IMG/VR virus record: IMGVR_UViG_3300032288_002265
Location: 9,328-73,327 of that record
Source of the DNA: a virus
Length of the DNA stretch: 64,000 nt
Strand: one strand, 5' to 3'
Shown: positions 17,193-26,265 of the stretch, in pieces
Layout of the letters: each line of letters opens with the position of its first letter
How positions within the stretch are numbered: the stretch's first letter is position 1
Translations under genes and position numbers: made by a program
Notes under the pieces: model-generated
What the model saw: only the letters and a program-made list of their open reading frames with translations
Database searches by the model: none
What the model was told of the DNA's origin: nothing

Positions 17193-18185
17193 TTAGGCGA
17201 CAATCTCTTCGAGTTCACGCAGAGTGATGCGGAACCCACACGCGCCCTTGTGGCCACCACCGCCGTACTCCACGGCGATCTTGCTCAGGTCGTGGTGCTC
17301 CTTACCCGCAATGTGGTAGAGGCTCACCATGACCCTGTTGTCTTTGCCGGTGTACCGCCACGCGAAACACGCATCATGCTCGGGTCTGATACCTCCCTTG
17401 AGCAGGTCGCTGTTGCCGCGCTGTCCGACGTTCAAGGCGCAGAAGGTCAGTCCCTCCCACTCGATGGTGTGGCTGTAGGTCGCGCTGTACTCGTCGTTCT
17501 GCTTGTCGCAGTAGGACTTGATTGCACGGCCTTGGGTGATTACGTCGTCCAGCTTGACGCCGGTCGGCTCGCCGCTGAACTGGTTCTCCACCAAGCGCCC
17601 GAGGTCGGTCTCGCTCAAGGCTCTCAGCCCGAACTGGAGCACCTTGGCATCCGGGTCGCGGTGGTCCCAAATGTCGTACTCCCCGGCGAGTCGAATCAGT
17701 CGCGGCTCCTTGATTTCGCGATCAACGAACACCGACTTGGTCAGCGGCCAGAGATGCTCTTGACCCACGTCCCAAGTGAACCACGCCCAGCACAGGCGGC
17801 ACGCGGCAACGCCGTCAATGCGGATGCCTCGGAACAACTCGTTTGGTTGAGGCGTGGGTGTTGGGGCGTCCCACTTCTCGATGGCCGACTTGTGGTGGTC
17901 GATCCACACGATCTTGTCGCAAAGCTCAGGCCGAGCCATGAGCTCGTCCACGCTCAGGTCCACGATGTAGATCGCGTCGTACAGAGACCATTCGTTGCTG
18001 AACTGGTCTCCAAGTTGCGGGTCGAACCACGCATGTAAAGGAACTGGAACCGGACGACCATAGTCCCACCCGTAAGAGTGGACAGCGGCGTCTGGGTGGA
18101 GGCGCTTCAGGTGGAAGCGGCACGTCTCGTTCGACAGCTTCCCGTCGAAGTCTGCGTCGTGATAGATGATCGCGATGTTGTTCAT
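17193..18185 (-). CDS. DHH/DHHA1 phosphoesterase (NrnB-like oligoribonuclease)
   Basis: YHDADFDG, IVDLS, WIDHH and GGGGHKGACGF motifs. Confidence 0.9.
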   Translation of the reverse strand: MNNIAIIYHDADFDGKLSNETCRFHLKRLHPDAAVHSYGWDYGRPVPVPLHAWFDPQLGDQFSNEWSLYDAIYIVDLSVDELMARPELCDKIVWIDHHKSAIEKWDAPTPTPQPNELFRGIRIDGVAACRLCWAWFTWDVGQEHLWPLTKSVFVDREIKEPRLIRLAGEYDIWDHRDPDAKVLQFGLRALSETDLGRLVENQFSGEPTGVKLDDVITQGRAIKSYCDKQNDEYSATYSHTIEWEGLTFCALNVGQRGNSDLLKGGIRPEHDACFAWRYTGKDNRVMVSLYHIAGKEHHDLSKIAVEYGGGGHKGACGFRITLRELEEIVA

Positions 18186-18931
18186 TTCGTTTCTCCTTTC
18201 AGTTGGTTGATTTCCGTCTTGAGGCGTTCGATCTCTGACTTGAGCGAGTCCACCTCGCTCTTCCGTAGGGCCATCGCCTCGACGACCGTGGGAAAGTGTG
18301 TTGCGAACTCAGCGCGGATCGCATGAGCAACCTCGCGGTGCTCCTTCTGTGCGTGCGATGACTCGCGCTGATCGAGGTAGTGGATCCATGTCCTCGCGCT
18401 GCCCTTCATGTAGAGCTTGGTCTTGGCGCAGGTAGGCAGGACGAAGCGTGCGCTCTCGGGGGCGATGCCTGCCTCGATCAGGGTGATGTAGGTGTCGACC
18501 GAATTCCGCACCGTCGCGTTGAAGTGCGTCTGCCTCCAGTCGTTGGAAGCGATGTCGTTGCCGCTCCCTTGCCGGTTCCCGCCCACAGCCTTCTCGCGCA
18601 GGACGATCGGCTCGATGACGGTGCCCAGCTTGGTGACCTCGGCATACCTGGCACTGAACTGCTGAAACTTCGCGGACCAGTGACGCAGGATCTGCATCGA
18701 TATCGCGAGGCTGGTCTCGATCTCAACCGTCAGGTCGGCCTGGTCGAATACGGACCAGTGACCCTCCCTCATGCAGAAGTTCAACAGCCCTGGGCCGGTG
18801 AGGTGGTTCTGCTGGTTGCTCGGGTTGCTGACCCTGGCGGTGTAAACCAGGTGCTGATCTGGTGTGAGGTGCTGTTGTGTGGCGGAGTCGAAGACAAGGC
18901 TCGACGTGACTGCAACGGATGTGACTTTCAT
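18182..18931 (-). CDS. thyX: Flavin-dependent thymidylate synthase
   Basis: ARVS, GHWSVFD, RHWSAKFQQFSARY (ThyX motif), PESARFVLP, HAQKEHR. Confidence 0.93.
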   Translation of the reverse strand: MKVTSVAVTSSLVFDSATQQHLTPDQHLVYTARVSNPSNQQNHLTGPGLLNFCMREGHWSVFDQADLTVEIETSLAISMQILRHWSAKFQQFSARYAEVTKLGTVIEPIVLREKAVGGNRQGSGNDIASNDWRQTHFNATVRNSVDTYITLIEAGIAPESARFVLPTCAKTKLYMKGSARTWIHYLDQRESSHAQKEHREVAHAIRAEFATHFPTVVEAMALRKSEVDSLKSEIERLKTEINQLKGETK

Positions 18932-19070
18932 AGTGGTTCTCCTCGGCGTGATTGCCGACCAAGCGGCATCAGTTTCCCGATGCCGCTGGATCAGATATCG
19001 CCCCCTCTCCATGGGAGCAGACTGAACACAGTCTGTGTGACGGGAAGGGCGCGAGGTGTACAGGACAAAC

Positions 19071-19784
19071 TCAGTTGTTGATGACGAAGCTCGTCGCGAT
19101 CTTGCGAGCCTTGCCCTTGGCCTTGAGGCCGACGATCACGCTGTGAGGATCGAGGAAGCGGAGATCGTGGTCGTCGCCACGGATGACGCGGACACCGTCC
19201 CACTCGGCGGGTGGCTCGTGAAGGAAGACGACGGAGACGTTGCCGCCACGGGAGATCACCTCTTTAACCACTCGGTCGTTGTCACCTGAACGGCTGAAGG
19301 TGAGGTGGTAGTTGGATGGCATCTCGCCGTTGAGGAACCGCTTCATGCGGAGTGGAACCTTGGTGTAGTCGTAGAACTGGACGTTGCTGAAGATGTCCAT
19401 GATCGCCTTACCCTTGTGCTTGATGTTTTCCCACGGCAGATCACTCGTGCCGTTGGGTCGGATGCACGGGGTGAGTCCGAGGCGATCGGCCTTGCGGATG
19501 GTGGCCTCGATGTCGCGCACCAGGGTGTCGATGAACGCAGCCTGGTCTCGGTGGAACCATTGAGTCTTGAGGATGCGTGACTGCTGGATCTGAGTGAAGA
19601 TCCCTCGGCCTGCAGTGTTGAGGCAGGTCTCGGCGCAGGTGCTCCACTTGGCGTGGGAGCAGACGTTGATCCCGCTCAGCTTGAACGGGGCGAGGTACAG
19701 GACCGAGGTGAGAAAGCCCTTGGCTTCTCCCTTCACGGTCTTGGCGTCGTTGGATGTACAGAGTACGTGCTTGTTGTGATTCAT
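19071..19784 (-). CDS. Gp88-family phage protein (Cys-triad, radical-SAM-related fold)
   Basis: CSHAKWSTCAETC, RPNGTSD, FYDYTK, YHLTFS, GDDHDLRFLD, GLKAKG. Confidence 0.75.
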   Translation of the reverse strand: MNHNKHVLCTSNDAKTVKGEAKGFLTSVLYLAPFKLSGINVCSHAKWSTCAETCLNTAGRGIFTQIQQSRILKTQWFHRDQAAFIDTLVRDIEATIRKADRLGLTPCIRPNGTSDLPWENIKHKGKAIMDIFSNVQFYDYTKVPLRMKRFLNGEMPSNYHLTFSRSGDNDRVVKEVISRGGNVSVVFLHEPPAEWDGVRVIRGDDHDLRFLDPHSVIVGLKAKGKARKIATSFVINN

Positions 19785-19856
19785 GGTGGATTGTTTGCGG
19801 TGACGTGATTGACACCGCCCACTGCGCCCGACTTGCGCCAGACGCAGGGAGCGAGG

Positions 19857-20072
19857 TCAGGAAATGGTGGCGTGTCCTCGAGCGATCTCGATGGACTGCG
19901 CCTTTCCTGCGAGGACTACGTGCGGCTGCATCCGTCTGATCCTGGTGAACGTGGGCACCTGGATCTTCATGGACTTGACCGTGAAGGACTGTCCCATCCA
20001 GTGGATGGTCAGGCGTGGAGCCTTAGCCTTGAGTGAGGCTGGCTTGTTGTAGTGGAACCAGAAGGGACTCAT
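19857..20072 (-). CDS. Hypothetical protein
   Basis: Start re-set to MSPFWFHYNK. Confidence 0.6.
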   Translation of the reverse strand: MSPFWFHYNKPASLKAKAPRLTIHWMGQSFTVKSMKIQVPTFTRIRRMQPHVVLAGKAQSIEIARGHATIS

Positions 20073-20161
20073 GGTTTGGTTGCGTGTACAGCCAATGCGG
20101 TAGCTGCCCGAAGATCGGGAAGCTGCTGGCTGAAATTGGGGGAGCTTGCAGTCCGGTCGGA

Positions 20162-20368
20162 CTACGCGATGAAGAAGTCTTCCACCTTGTAGGAAGACGT
20201 GACGCCGTCGGCCCAGAAGAGCGAGGCCCAGTCGTTGTTGATGATGCAGTGGACGAACCACTTGCCGTGCTTGTCCTGCTTCAACTGGTAGGCACCAGTC
20301 TTCCAGTAAACACGATGACCGCTCTTCACTGAATCAACAGCATCGGCGATGGTGCGGAACTGACTCAT
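20162..20368 (-). CDS. Hypothetical protein
   Basis: 68-aa ORF with AAGGAG SD. Confidence 0.65.
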   Translation of the reverse strand: MSQFRTIADAVDSVKSGHRVYWKTGAYQLKQDKHGKWFVHCIINNDWASLFWADGVTSSYKVEDFFIA

Positions 20369-20499
20369 GGTTTCTCCTTCTGTGCTGCAGCGATTGCCTT
20401 GGCCATGATGCGAACTACCTCGGTCAGCGACTTGCGCTGGCGTGGCGTGAGCATCCGGTCGAGTGGCTTCGGCACGATGAGTTTGTTCTTTTGAATCAC
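20365..20499 (-). CDS. Small hypothetical protein (44 aa, absent from the ORF track)
   Basis: GTG start and TGA stop both form 4-nt overlaps with neighbours; reads MIQKNKLIVPKPLDRMLTPRQRK... Confidence 0.55.
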   Translation of the reverse strand: MIQKNKLIVPKPLDRMLTPRQRKSLTEVVRIMAKAIAAAQKEKP

Positions 20500-20822
20500 T
20501 CCTTCTCCTCGGTTAGCGATTCGTAGTAGTGGCCGTGGTACTCGATGCGTCCCGGCGTGGCTGAGAATCCGTACTGCGAGTTGATGAAGTCGGCGACGTT
20601 GTTGGCGTCACCCTCCATGATGCCTAGCTTTTCCTTAACGTAGGCTGGGTGCGCTCGGAACGGGCCGAACGTGTAGCACCCCTTGCCGATGATCCCGATG
20701 AACAGGTACGGAGCAGACCGCATGATCGCGATCTCGAACTGCGTTGCATTGCCGAGCGCGACTTGATGTATCCCGTCTTTGAGTACAGGGAACACGCCTT
20801 TGGATGTGGGTCGAATAGTCAT
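20496..20822 (-). CDS. Hypothetical protein
   Basis: 108-aa ORF in the early operon. Confidence 0.65.
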   Translation of the reverse strand: MTIRPTSKGVFPVLKDGIHQVALGNATQFEIAIMRSAPYLFIGIIGKGCYTFGPFRAHPAYVKEKLGIMEGDANNVADFINSQYGFSATPGRIEYHGHYYESLTEEKE

Positions 20823-20842
20823 GGTTGCAGTGTTGTTCGTGG

Positions 20843-21328
20843 TTACTTGTTTGCTTCCCTCTCAACTGTGATGGACAGATTGAACAGCCAGTTGCTTATC
20901 CTGGTCAGTAGGCGGCGGATCAGGCTAGGCTTTGGATTCCCGAGCTTGGGCGTTGGGACCGGAGACTCGATGATGATGATCGGAGGGTATGTTGCCTCAG
21001 GCAGCTGCGGGCTACGGTGATGCAACTCGACGTGCAACTTACCGAAAGCACCTTTGATGAATCGACCATGCTTCAGGTGCTTGGGTGCATACCGGAGACG
21101 AGCGTTGGCGACTGCGCTTGGCGTTGCGATCATCTGGTTGCCGATCTCAAAGTTCGGCTTGCTCCAGTCGACGCCACGCCAGTTGATCGTCCACTCGCCG
21201 CGCTCGTGCCGGCGGTGGTGCATATTGCGGCGGTGGTAACTTACTGTGGCGATGGACACACCAAGCTCTTTGGCCAGAGCAGATGTCTTCTTGTTCCAGT
21301 CTACGTTGTTCCAGTTGATCTCTTTCAT
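20843..21328 (-). CDS. Protein with tandem HTH-like repeats
   Basis: Two units of the form INWxxVDWxK...A..LG......V...R. Confidence 0.6.
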   Translation of the reverse strand: MKEINWNNVDWNKKTSALAKELGVSIATVSYHRRNMHHRRHERGEWTINWRGVDWSKPNFEIGNQMIATPSAVANARLRYAPKHLKHGRFIKGAFGKLHVELHHRSPQLPEATYPPIIIIESPVPTPKLGNPKPSLIRRLLTRISNWLFNLSITVEREANK

Positions 21329-21355
21329 AGTGTATGTGTGTGTTTAGGTGATGGG

Positions 21356-21982
21356 TCAGAGTGAATCGACGGCGGCTTGGAAGGCGTCCCTGATCTTGTT
21401 GGTCAACTCGCTTTCGAGTTCATCGTCATCCAAGCGATCGTCGATCTCGGACTTAACGAAGGCTCTCAGTCCTACGATGTCGTCTGCATTGAGTGGGGCT
21501 TGGTTCTGCACCGCTTCATCGACTGCCTCGCTGAAGCCGGTGATGTTGTCAGCGGTGATGCTCTTGATGACCGCTTCAATCTTCTCGTCCACCGCATCGA
21601 GCAAGTTGGCCTTGATCACCTCAATCTTGACGGTGTCGAGAACCTCCTTAACAACGTCTTGCTTCACCGCTGCCATTGAGATGTTGACAGCGTTGTTGAC
21701 GTGACCATTGAGACTGATCCCGATGATGTCATACAACTCATGGTTCTGTTGCTCCAGTCTAACAATGCGTTCGACCAGTGGGTTGGTTGACTTCTCCGCC
21801 ATCTGCGGAGTGTATGTGAAAATGACTGTGTTGAGGGCGGTATTCAGTGTCACTACCTCCCGCTCCAGTTTATCGATGCGTTCGACCAGTGGTTTGGTCG
21901 CTTGCTCCACGACCTGCTGCGTGAAGATCGTGATGACTGCGTTGATAGCTGCGAGCACCTGGTTGTTCTGTTGTGTTTCCAT
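21356..21982 (-). CDS. Acidic coiled-coil hypothetical protein
   Basis: Internal repeat T(K/N)PLVERIxxLE; helical, acidic C-terminus. Confidence 0.7.
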   Translation of the reverse strand: METQQNNQVLAAINAVITIFTQQVVEQATKPLVERIDKLEREVVTLNTALNTVIFTYTPQMAEKSTNPLVERIVRLEQQNHELYDIIGISLNGHVNNAVNISMAAVKQDVVKEVLDTVKIEVIKANLLDAVDEKIEAVIKSITADNITGFSEAVDEAVQNQAPLNADDIVGLRAFVKSEIDDRLDDDELESELTNKIRDAFQAAVDSL

Positions 21983-22070
21983 ATCTGCTTGTTGTTGATG
22001 TTCCTTGGATCTACCGCCACGTTGTGTGGAAGCAGACCAAAGGAGCCGGGTTTCACCCCGGCTGTGTGGT

Positions 22071-22086
22071 TAGGGACTGGTCCCTA
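22071..22086. repeat. Palindrome TAGGGAC-TG-GTCCCTA, prototype of a dispersed family
   Basis: Related copies at 23239, 23769, 25205, 25918, 26657, 27360, 27479, 27724 and 28350. Confidence 0.75.
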
Positions 22087-22093
22087 GTAGATC

Positions 22094-22309
22094 TTAATCA
22101 TAGATGTCTTCGTCCTGAGGAACGGACGCTTCGACTACGCGGTAGCCACTGCCGTCTTCCTCACCGTGAATGAAGTCGGCCATCTGAGATAGGGCCTCTT
22201 CTCTAGTGTCGTAGTGGTCGTCGACGTAAGGGCCTCCATCGAATGACGTTTTGATGTCTGCCCAACCACGATAGAGTGCCGTCTGGATCTTCCACTTGGT
22301 GGCACTCAC
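22094..22309 (-). CDS. Hypothetical acidic protein
   Basis: GGAGGT SD, GTG start. Confidence 0.65.
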   Translation of the reverse strand: MSATKWKIQTALYRGWADIKTSFDGGPYVDDHYDTREEALSQMADFIHGEEDGSGYRVVEASVPQDEDIYD

Positions 22310-22320
22310 TTCGCACCTCC
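22305..22320 (-). repeat. 16-bp gene-junction repeat GGAGGTGCGAAGTGAG
   Basis: Exact copies at 22305-22320, 24930-24945 and 26261-26276; variant at 25965-25980. Confidence 0.85.
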
Positions 22321-22590
22321 CACGAAGATGTGAGCGTAGGTTCCGTCAGGCAGACCGCCTGTCACGAACGGCCTTGCCCATACGTTTTGAGATGAGTGTT
22401 TGCATATACCATCCTCCTCATCCTCCTTGATGAACCGCGCAACCAACTGGCGCACAGCCTCGCGATGAACCTCGTCGCCGCTCAGGTCGAACGGATACGA
22501 GATGGTGATTGAACCGCGCTCGCACCTTGCTTTGATGAGTGAACCACATTTGTCGGTGCGTGGTATGTACTTTGTGTGGACAGCTTGCAT
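22306..22590 (-). CDS. Hypothetical protein
   Basis: Common phage-type start MQAVHTKY..T...GS.IKA; ends GGAK. Confidence 0.7.
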   Translation of the reverse strand: MQAVHTKYIPRTDKCGSLIKARCERGSITISYPFDLSGDEVHREAVRQLVARFIKEDEEDGICKHSSQNVWARPFVTGGLPDGTYAHIFVGGAK

Positions 22591-22594
22591 GTGA

Positions 22595-23356
22595 TTACTT
22601 GGTTTTGAGTTGAAGGTTGCGGATCTGACTGACGAGAGTGCATTGCATCGAGACGGCTAGGTCTGCGATGTGTGATGAGTTCATACAAGCGCACAGCTTG
22701 CGGATGTCGGTATCGACGCGCTCCTTCCAGAGGCGGGAGTCGATCATCTCTACCACCTCCTCCACGTTGACGTGGTTGAGCACACCGACGGTGTTGAATG
22801 ACGGCCCGTCACTGTGGTGTTCACAAATCCAGTTGGCCTTGTCCGCTGCGTTGTGCCAGAGGCAGTCAATGTCCTCATCGGTGAGCAGGTGGAAGGCATC
22901 GTCGATTTCCTCGGGCTTGAACCCATGCTCGGTGACTCCACTCCACTCGTGCTCGACCTCGCGCTTGAGAGCACGTGAGAAATCGCTGCGACCCCACGAT
23001 ACCCACGCATCGTTCTCGGCATCGTTCTCCCGCTTGGACAGGTCTTCCTCATTCAGCACTGGGTAGTCATCGAGCGATGCCTCCATCGTTTCTGCCTCGG
23101 CAACGATGCGTTCTTCCTTCGGGTTTATGATGATGATCTCGTACCAGCCCGGCCCCCAATGGCCGAAGCGGTGAACCTCTACGTTGTCCCCCTCACCGCC
23201 AAGCCCTTCGAGGAAGGCGTGGAAGTTGGACTCTTCCATAGGGCCTGAGTCCCTAGTGCGGGTGACGGGACAGACCAGCCAGTCTTGCCGGTCGTCGTCG
23301 AGGAATGCGCCGGCACGGTCGAACTGTGTCGGACGGTGATGCTTGTATGGTGTCAT
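22595..23356 (-). CDS. Hypothetical protein
   Basis: Start re-set to MTPYKH; conserved-looking RDS..EESNF...RFGHWGPGWYE...LDDYPVLNE. Confidence 0.7.
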   Translation of the reverse strand: MTPYKHHRPTQFDRAGAFLDDDRQDWLVCPVTRTRDSGPMEESNFHAFLEGLGGEGDNVEVHRFGHWGPGWYEIIIINPKEERIVAEAETMEASLDDYPVLNEEDLSKRENDAENDAWVSWGRSDFSRALKREVEHEWSGVTEHGFKPEEIDDAFHLLTDEDIDCLWHNAADKANWICEHHSDGPSFNTVGVLNHVNVEEVVEMIDSRLWKERVDTDIRKLCACMNSSHIADLAVSMQCTLVSQIRNLQLKTK

Positions 23357-23360
23357 TGAT

Positions 23361-23714
23361 TCAGTGGCTGAGGTGGTTGTTGAGCTTCTCCTGAAGGGCC
23401 TTGAGTTTATCGTCGGATATGTCGAGTGAATCAGCGATCCCATCGAACAGTTCGGAATCAGCGAGGGTGATGCGTGCTGCCTCCAACAGGGTGATGAGTT
23501 CGCCCTGGTCGAACGGGTGGATGTGGACTGGCTTGTCATCATCCACAGTGACGAGAGACTTGAAGTAGCCGTCGTCGTCAGTCGTTGACAGTTTGAGTTC
23601 CGTCGCACCGGAGTGGATGTCTTCAATAACGTCGGAGCTCCAGTCTCGGTCGTCTTCCATCACGATCAGTGTGTGGATTGCGAATTGGATGAGACGGTGT
23701 TGCTGCTGTGTCAT
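23361..23714 (-). CDS. Hypothetical acidic protein
   Basis: Start re-set to MTQQQH. Confidence 0.6.
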   Translation of the reverse strand: MTQQQHRLIQFAIHTLIVMEDDRDWSSDVIEDIHSGATELKLSTTDDDGYFKSLVTVDDDKPVHIHPFDQGELITLLEAARITLADSELFDGIADSLDISDDKLKALQEKLNNHLSH

Positions 23715-23820
23715 GGTGTGATTCAGTGAAGAACGCCGGCAACTTGATGCGCGTGCCGGCTTTGCGCTTAGGGACTGATCCCTAGTGACGCCACCGCTGC
23801 GACGATGGCGTCGGTAGGAG

Positions 23821-24108
23821 TCAGAGGACTTCAGTGGTGTCGAAGCCCAACTCTTGCAGGTATTCGATCGCTTCCTTGGGTAGCTCGAACACTCCGTCGT
23901 AACCGATGACGCGCCGACCTCGAAGCTGGATGCCGATGTGGACAACCTCGCAGTCGGTGTGCTGGCCAACCGGCCAGTAGCACCACTCGATCAGTGCGCC
24001 ACGTCCATCATGCGGGAACCACTCCATCGTGTTCTCGTGAAGCCCGATGTCGATTGGCCGAGAACAGTTGGCGTGCTCAACCTGTAGCCGTGATGTAAAT
24101 GACTTCAT
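23821..24108 (-). CDS. Hypothetical protein
   Basis: GGAGG SD, ATGA overlap. Confidence 0.65.
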   Translation of the reverse strand: MKSFTSRLQVEHANCSRPIDIGLHENTMEWFPHDGRGALIEWCYWPVGQHTDCEVVHIGIQLRGRRVIGYDGVFELPKEAIEYLQELGFDTTEVL

Positions 24109-24635
24109 TCAACCTCCATGGCTGCGGTGATGGTCTCGGACAACGCCCTGTGCTGGGTGAGCAGGCGATTGGCGGCACCTATTGCTTCTTTCTTGCAGTA
24201 GTCGAAGCCGTAGAAGCCCCAGCACGAGTCGATCATCTCGTTGTCCTCATCGGTGATCTCGTAGCCGTAGACATCACCTCCGATGTATTGCGAGAACGCT
24301 TCGACGTGGGACTTGGCGGCTTCGCGAGCCTCTTCCTCTGAGTCCACCTGATCCTTGTCCACCGTCACGGTGCCGCTGCGCCCGCTGTCCCACGGGCAAG
24401 TGAACGGGGTGAGCGAGAGCGCAGAGGTGCCGTGAACCAAGGCGTAGACAGGAAACCTATAAACGTCCTCGTCCTGCCCCAGATTGAAGAGCGTTGTGTC
24501 TGACACCCGCTTATCGCCCAGCGTGTAGCGGGACTTGTCGCGGTAGTAGATGGTGACGCCGTGACTGAACGGTGCCTCTGCATCTGTGTCCTGCTTGATG
24601 GTGACCGTGAGGTGTCCGACTTTGAATGTATTCAT
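24105..24635 (-). CDS. Hypothetical phage protein
   Basis: Conserved-looking CPWDSG...YIGGDVYGYEI...DSCWGFYG motifs. Confidence 0.75.
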   Translation of the reverse strand: MNTFKVGHLTVTIKQDTDAEAPFSHGVTIYYRDKSRYTLGDKRVSDTTLFNLGQDEDVYRFPVYALVHGTSALSLTPFTCPWDSGRSGTVTVDKDQVDSEEEAREAAKSHVEAFSQYIGGDVYGYEITDEDNEMIDSCWGFYGFDYCKKEAIGAANRLLTQHRALSETITAAMEVE

Positions 24636-24934
24636 TGTGTGATGTTGAGGTGTTGCTTGTGATTGTTGTAAGGGCAGAACTCTGCTCCTCCTTCGTCTGT
24701 CTGTGTCAGGTATCCCTTGATCCTTTTACCTTTGTATCGGGTAACGGCAGGGATTGAGAAGTAGGTGTTGGCGTAACCTGTGGCATAGCACGTCAGGCGC
24801 AGATCGGTGCCGTGGATCGGGCAGTTGTTCACCTTGGCCCAAGGTCCGAGGCAATCGAAGGGACCTCCGGGTCTCCACCCAATGGCTCCGTTCGAGAACT
24901 CGAATCGTTCACGAGCGATAAAGACTTGGCTCAC
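24632..24934 (-). CDS. Hypothetical protein
   Basis: GTG start within the junction repeat. Confidence 0.65.
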   Translation of the reverse strand: MSQVFIARERFEFSNGAIGWRPGGPFDCLGPWAKVNNCPIHGTDLRLTCYATGYANTYFSIPAVTRYKGKRIKGYLTQTDEGGAEFCPYNNHKQHLNITQ

Positions 24935-25191
24935 TTCGCACCTCCATCCTGTATTGCCTTGCCGGCGGGATACTCGAAGACAACGGCGTCATCGATGATC
25001 TCGTGCTTCACCTTGCCGGTGAGCAGGTCGACGGCGCACCGCTTGGTGAGCATGTAGCCGCTTGTCAGCAGCTTGATCGACCATGATTTGTTGAATGAGT
25101 ATTGGTTGATCGCCATCGCGATAATCCCGGGGGTGTGGATCATGCTGTCGGAACTGAGCCTGATCGTGTCTGTCTGTGTGGTTGCGTTCAT
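24931..25191 (-). CDS. Hypothetical protein
   Basis: Ends GGAK in the junction repeat. Confidence 0.65.
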   Translation of the reverse strand: MNATTQTDTIRLSSDSMIHTPGIIAMAINQYSFNKSWSIKLLTSGYMLTKRCAVDLLTGKVKHEIIDDAVVFEYPAGKAIQDGGAK

Positions 25192-25514
25192 GGTTGTGTT
25201 TCGTTAGGGACTGAGTCTTTAAGCTCTGCCTCGATGAAGAACTCCGACCCGTCAGGCAGAATGACGGACGGAACATAGGGGATGACGCCCATCTCTCGTT
25301 TGTCGTAGAGGCACGACGCGAGCATGGGCCTGTGTTTCTTTTCCATAGGCCACGGGATTTCGTCCCAGTCTCCTTCTGGATACTGAAACAAGATGACCGG
25401 GTCGGATGAAAACCATGCCTTCATCAGGGCGTCGACGATGTCGCTGTGCTTGGTGTGAAGACGGCCGTGTTCGACGACCAGTGTGACTTGTGCTGTGTGT
25501 TGTATTGCTTTCAT
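25188..25514 (-). CDS. Hypothetical protein
   Basis: 4-nt overlaps at both ends. Confidence 0.65.
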   Translation of the reverse strand: MKAIQHTAQVTLVVEHGRLHTKHSDIVDALMKAWFSSDPVILFQYPEGDWDEIPWPMEKKHRPMLASCLYDKREMGVIPYVPSVILPDGSEFFIEAELKDSVPNETQP

Positions 25515-25969
25515 AGGTTGTAGAGGTATCCGAGTTCTCGGAGGCTGACGTGCTTTTCGGCACCGATAATTACGCTGTCGTTGACGTTGATCCTGAGAAT
25601 CTGTCCTCCCTTCTGGAGTTCGCGGCTGATCCTGATGTCAGCCTCGGATGGGGTCGGGTCTCCGCTTGGGTGATTGTGAACCACCACAAGGGAGTGCGCT
25701 GCATTGATGATCGCAGCACGGAAGACTTCCCGTGAATGGACCACGACCTGATCTAGCGTTCCGAGTGCGACCAAGACGTGGCCAGTGATCCTGCATCGAG
25801 TGTTGAGCAGGATCGCAACAAAGGATTCCTGATCCGGCGAGAACCAGGAAGCTGACGGGATGTTCTGCCTCCAGTAGGAGACGATGCGTGATGGGCAGTC
25901 ACCCATGACTGCTTCGCTAGGTCCGCAGTCCCTAAGCCGCATGACCTTGAATTCTGCGGGCGGTCTCAA
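25511..25969 (-). CDS. radC: RadC-like JAB-domain protein
   Basis: QESF..ILLN, GTLD..VVHSREVF, HNHPSGDPTPSEAD. TTG start overlaps the upstream stop. Confidence 0.9.
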   Translation of the reverse strand: MRPPAEFKVMRLRDCGPSEAVMGDCPSRIVSYWRQNIPSASWFSPDQESFVAILLNTRCRITGHVLVALGTLDQVVVHSREVFRAAIINAAHSLVVVHNHPSGDPTPSEADIRISRELQKGGQILRINVNDSVIIGAEKHVSLRELGYLYNL

Positions 25970-26265
25970 TTGGCACCTCCAGTTGCTTTGGATACGGCTT
26001 CCTGTGCCCATCGTGCTATGGCGAGGAAGTCACCCCTCCCCGGCGCATTTGGGAACGTAGTGGCGGAAAAATCCGCTTGTGTCTTGATTGCAACGAGCGC
26101 GGCCAGCAACTCGGGGGAGGATGCGATGAGACGGGCGTTGGCACCCTCATTCATGTGCATGACAGCGATGACACCATCTTCTCGATCACGCACCTTGGTG
26201 TAGGTGCAGAACTGGCCGGGAACTGTGTTCCTGGTGATGTGCCAAGGGCCTGGGGTGTGGCTCAC
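25966..26265 (-). CDS. Conserved phage hypothetical protein
   Basis: HTPGPW...ANARLIASSPELLAAL pattern. Confidence 0.75.
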   Translation of the reverse strand: MSHTPGPWHITRNTVPGQFCTYTKVRDREDGVIAVMHMNEGANARLIASSPELLAALVAIKTQADFSATTFPNAPGRGDFLAIARWAQEAVSKATGGAN

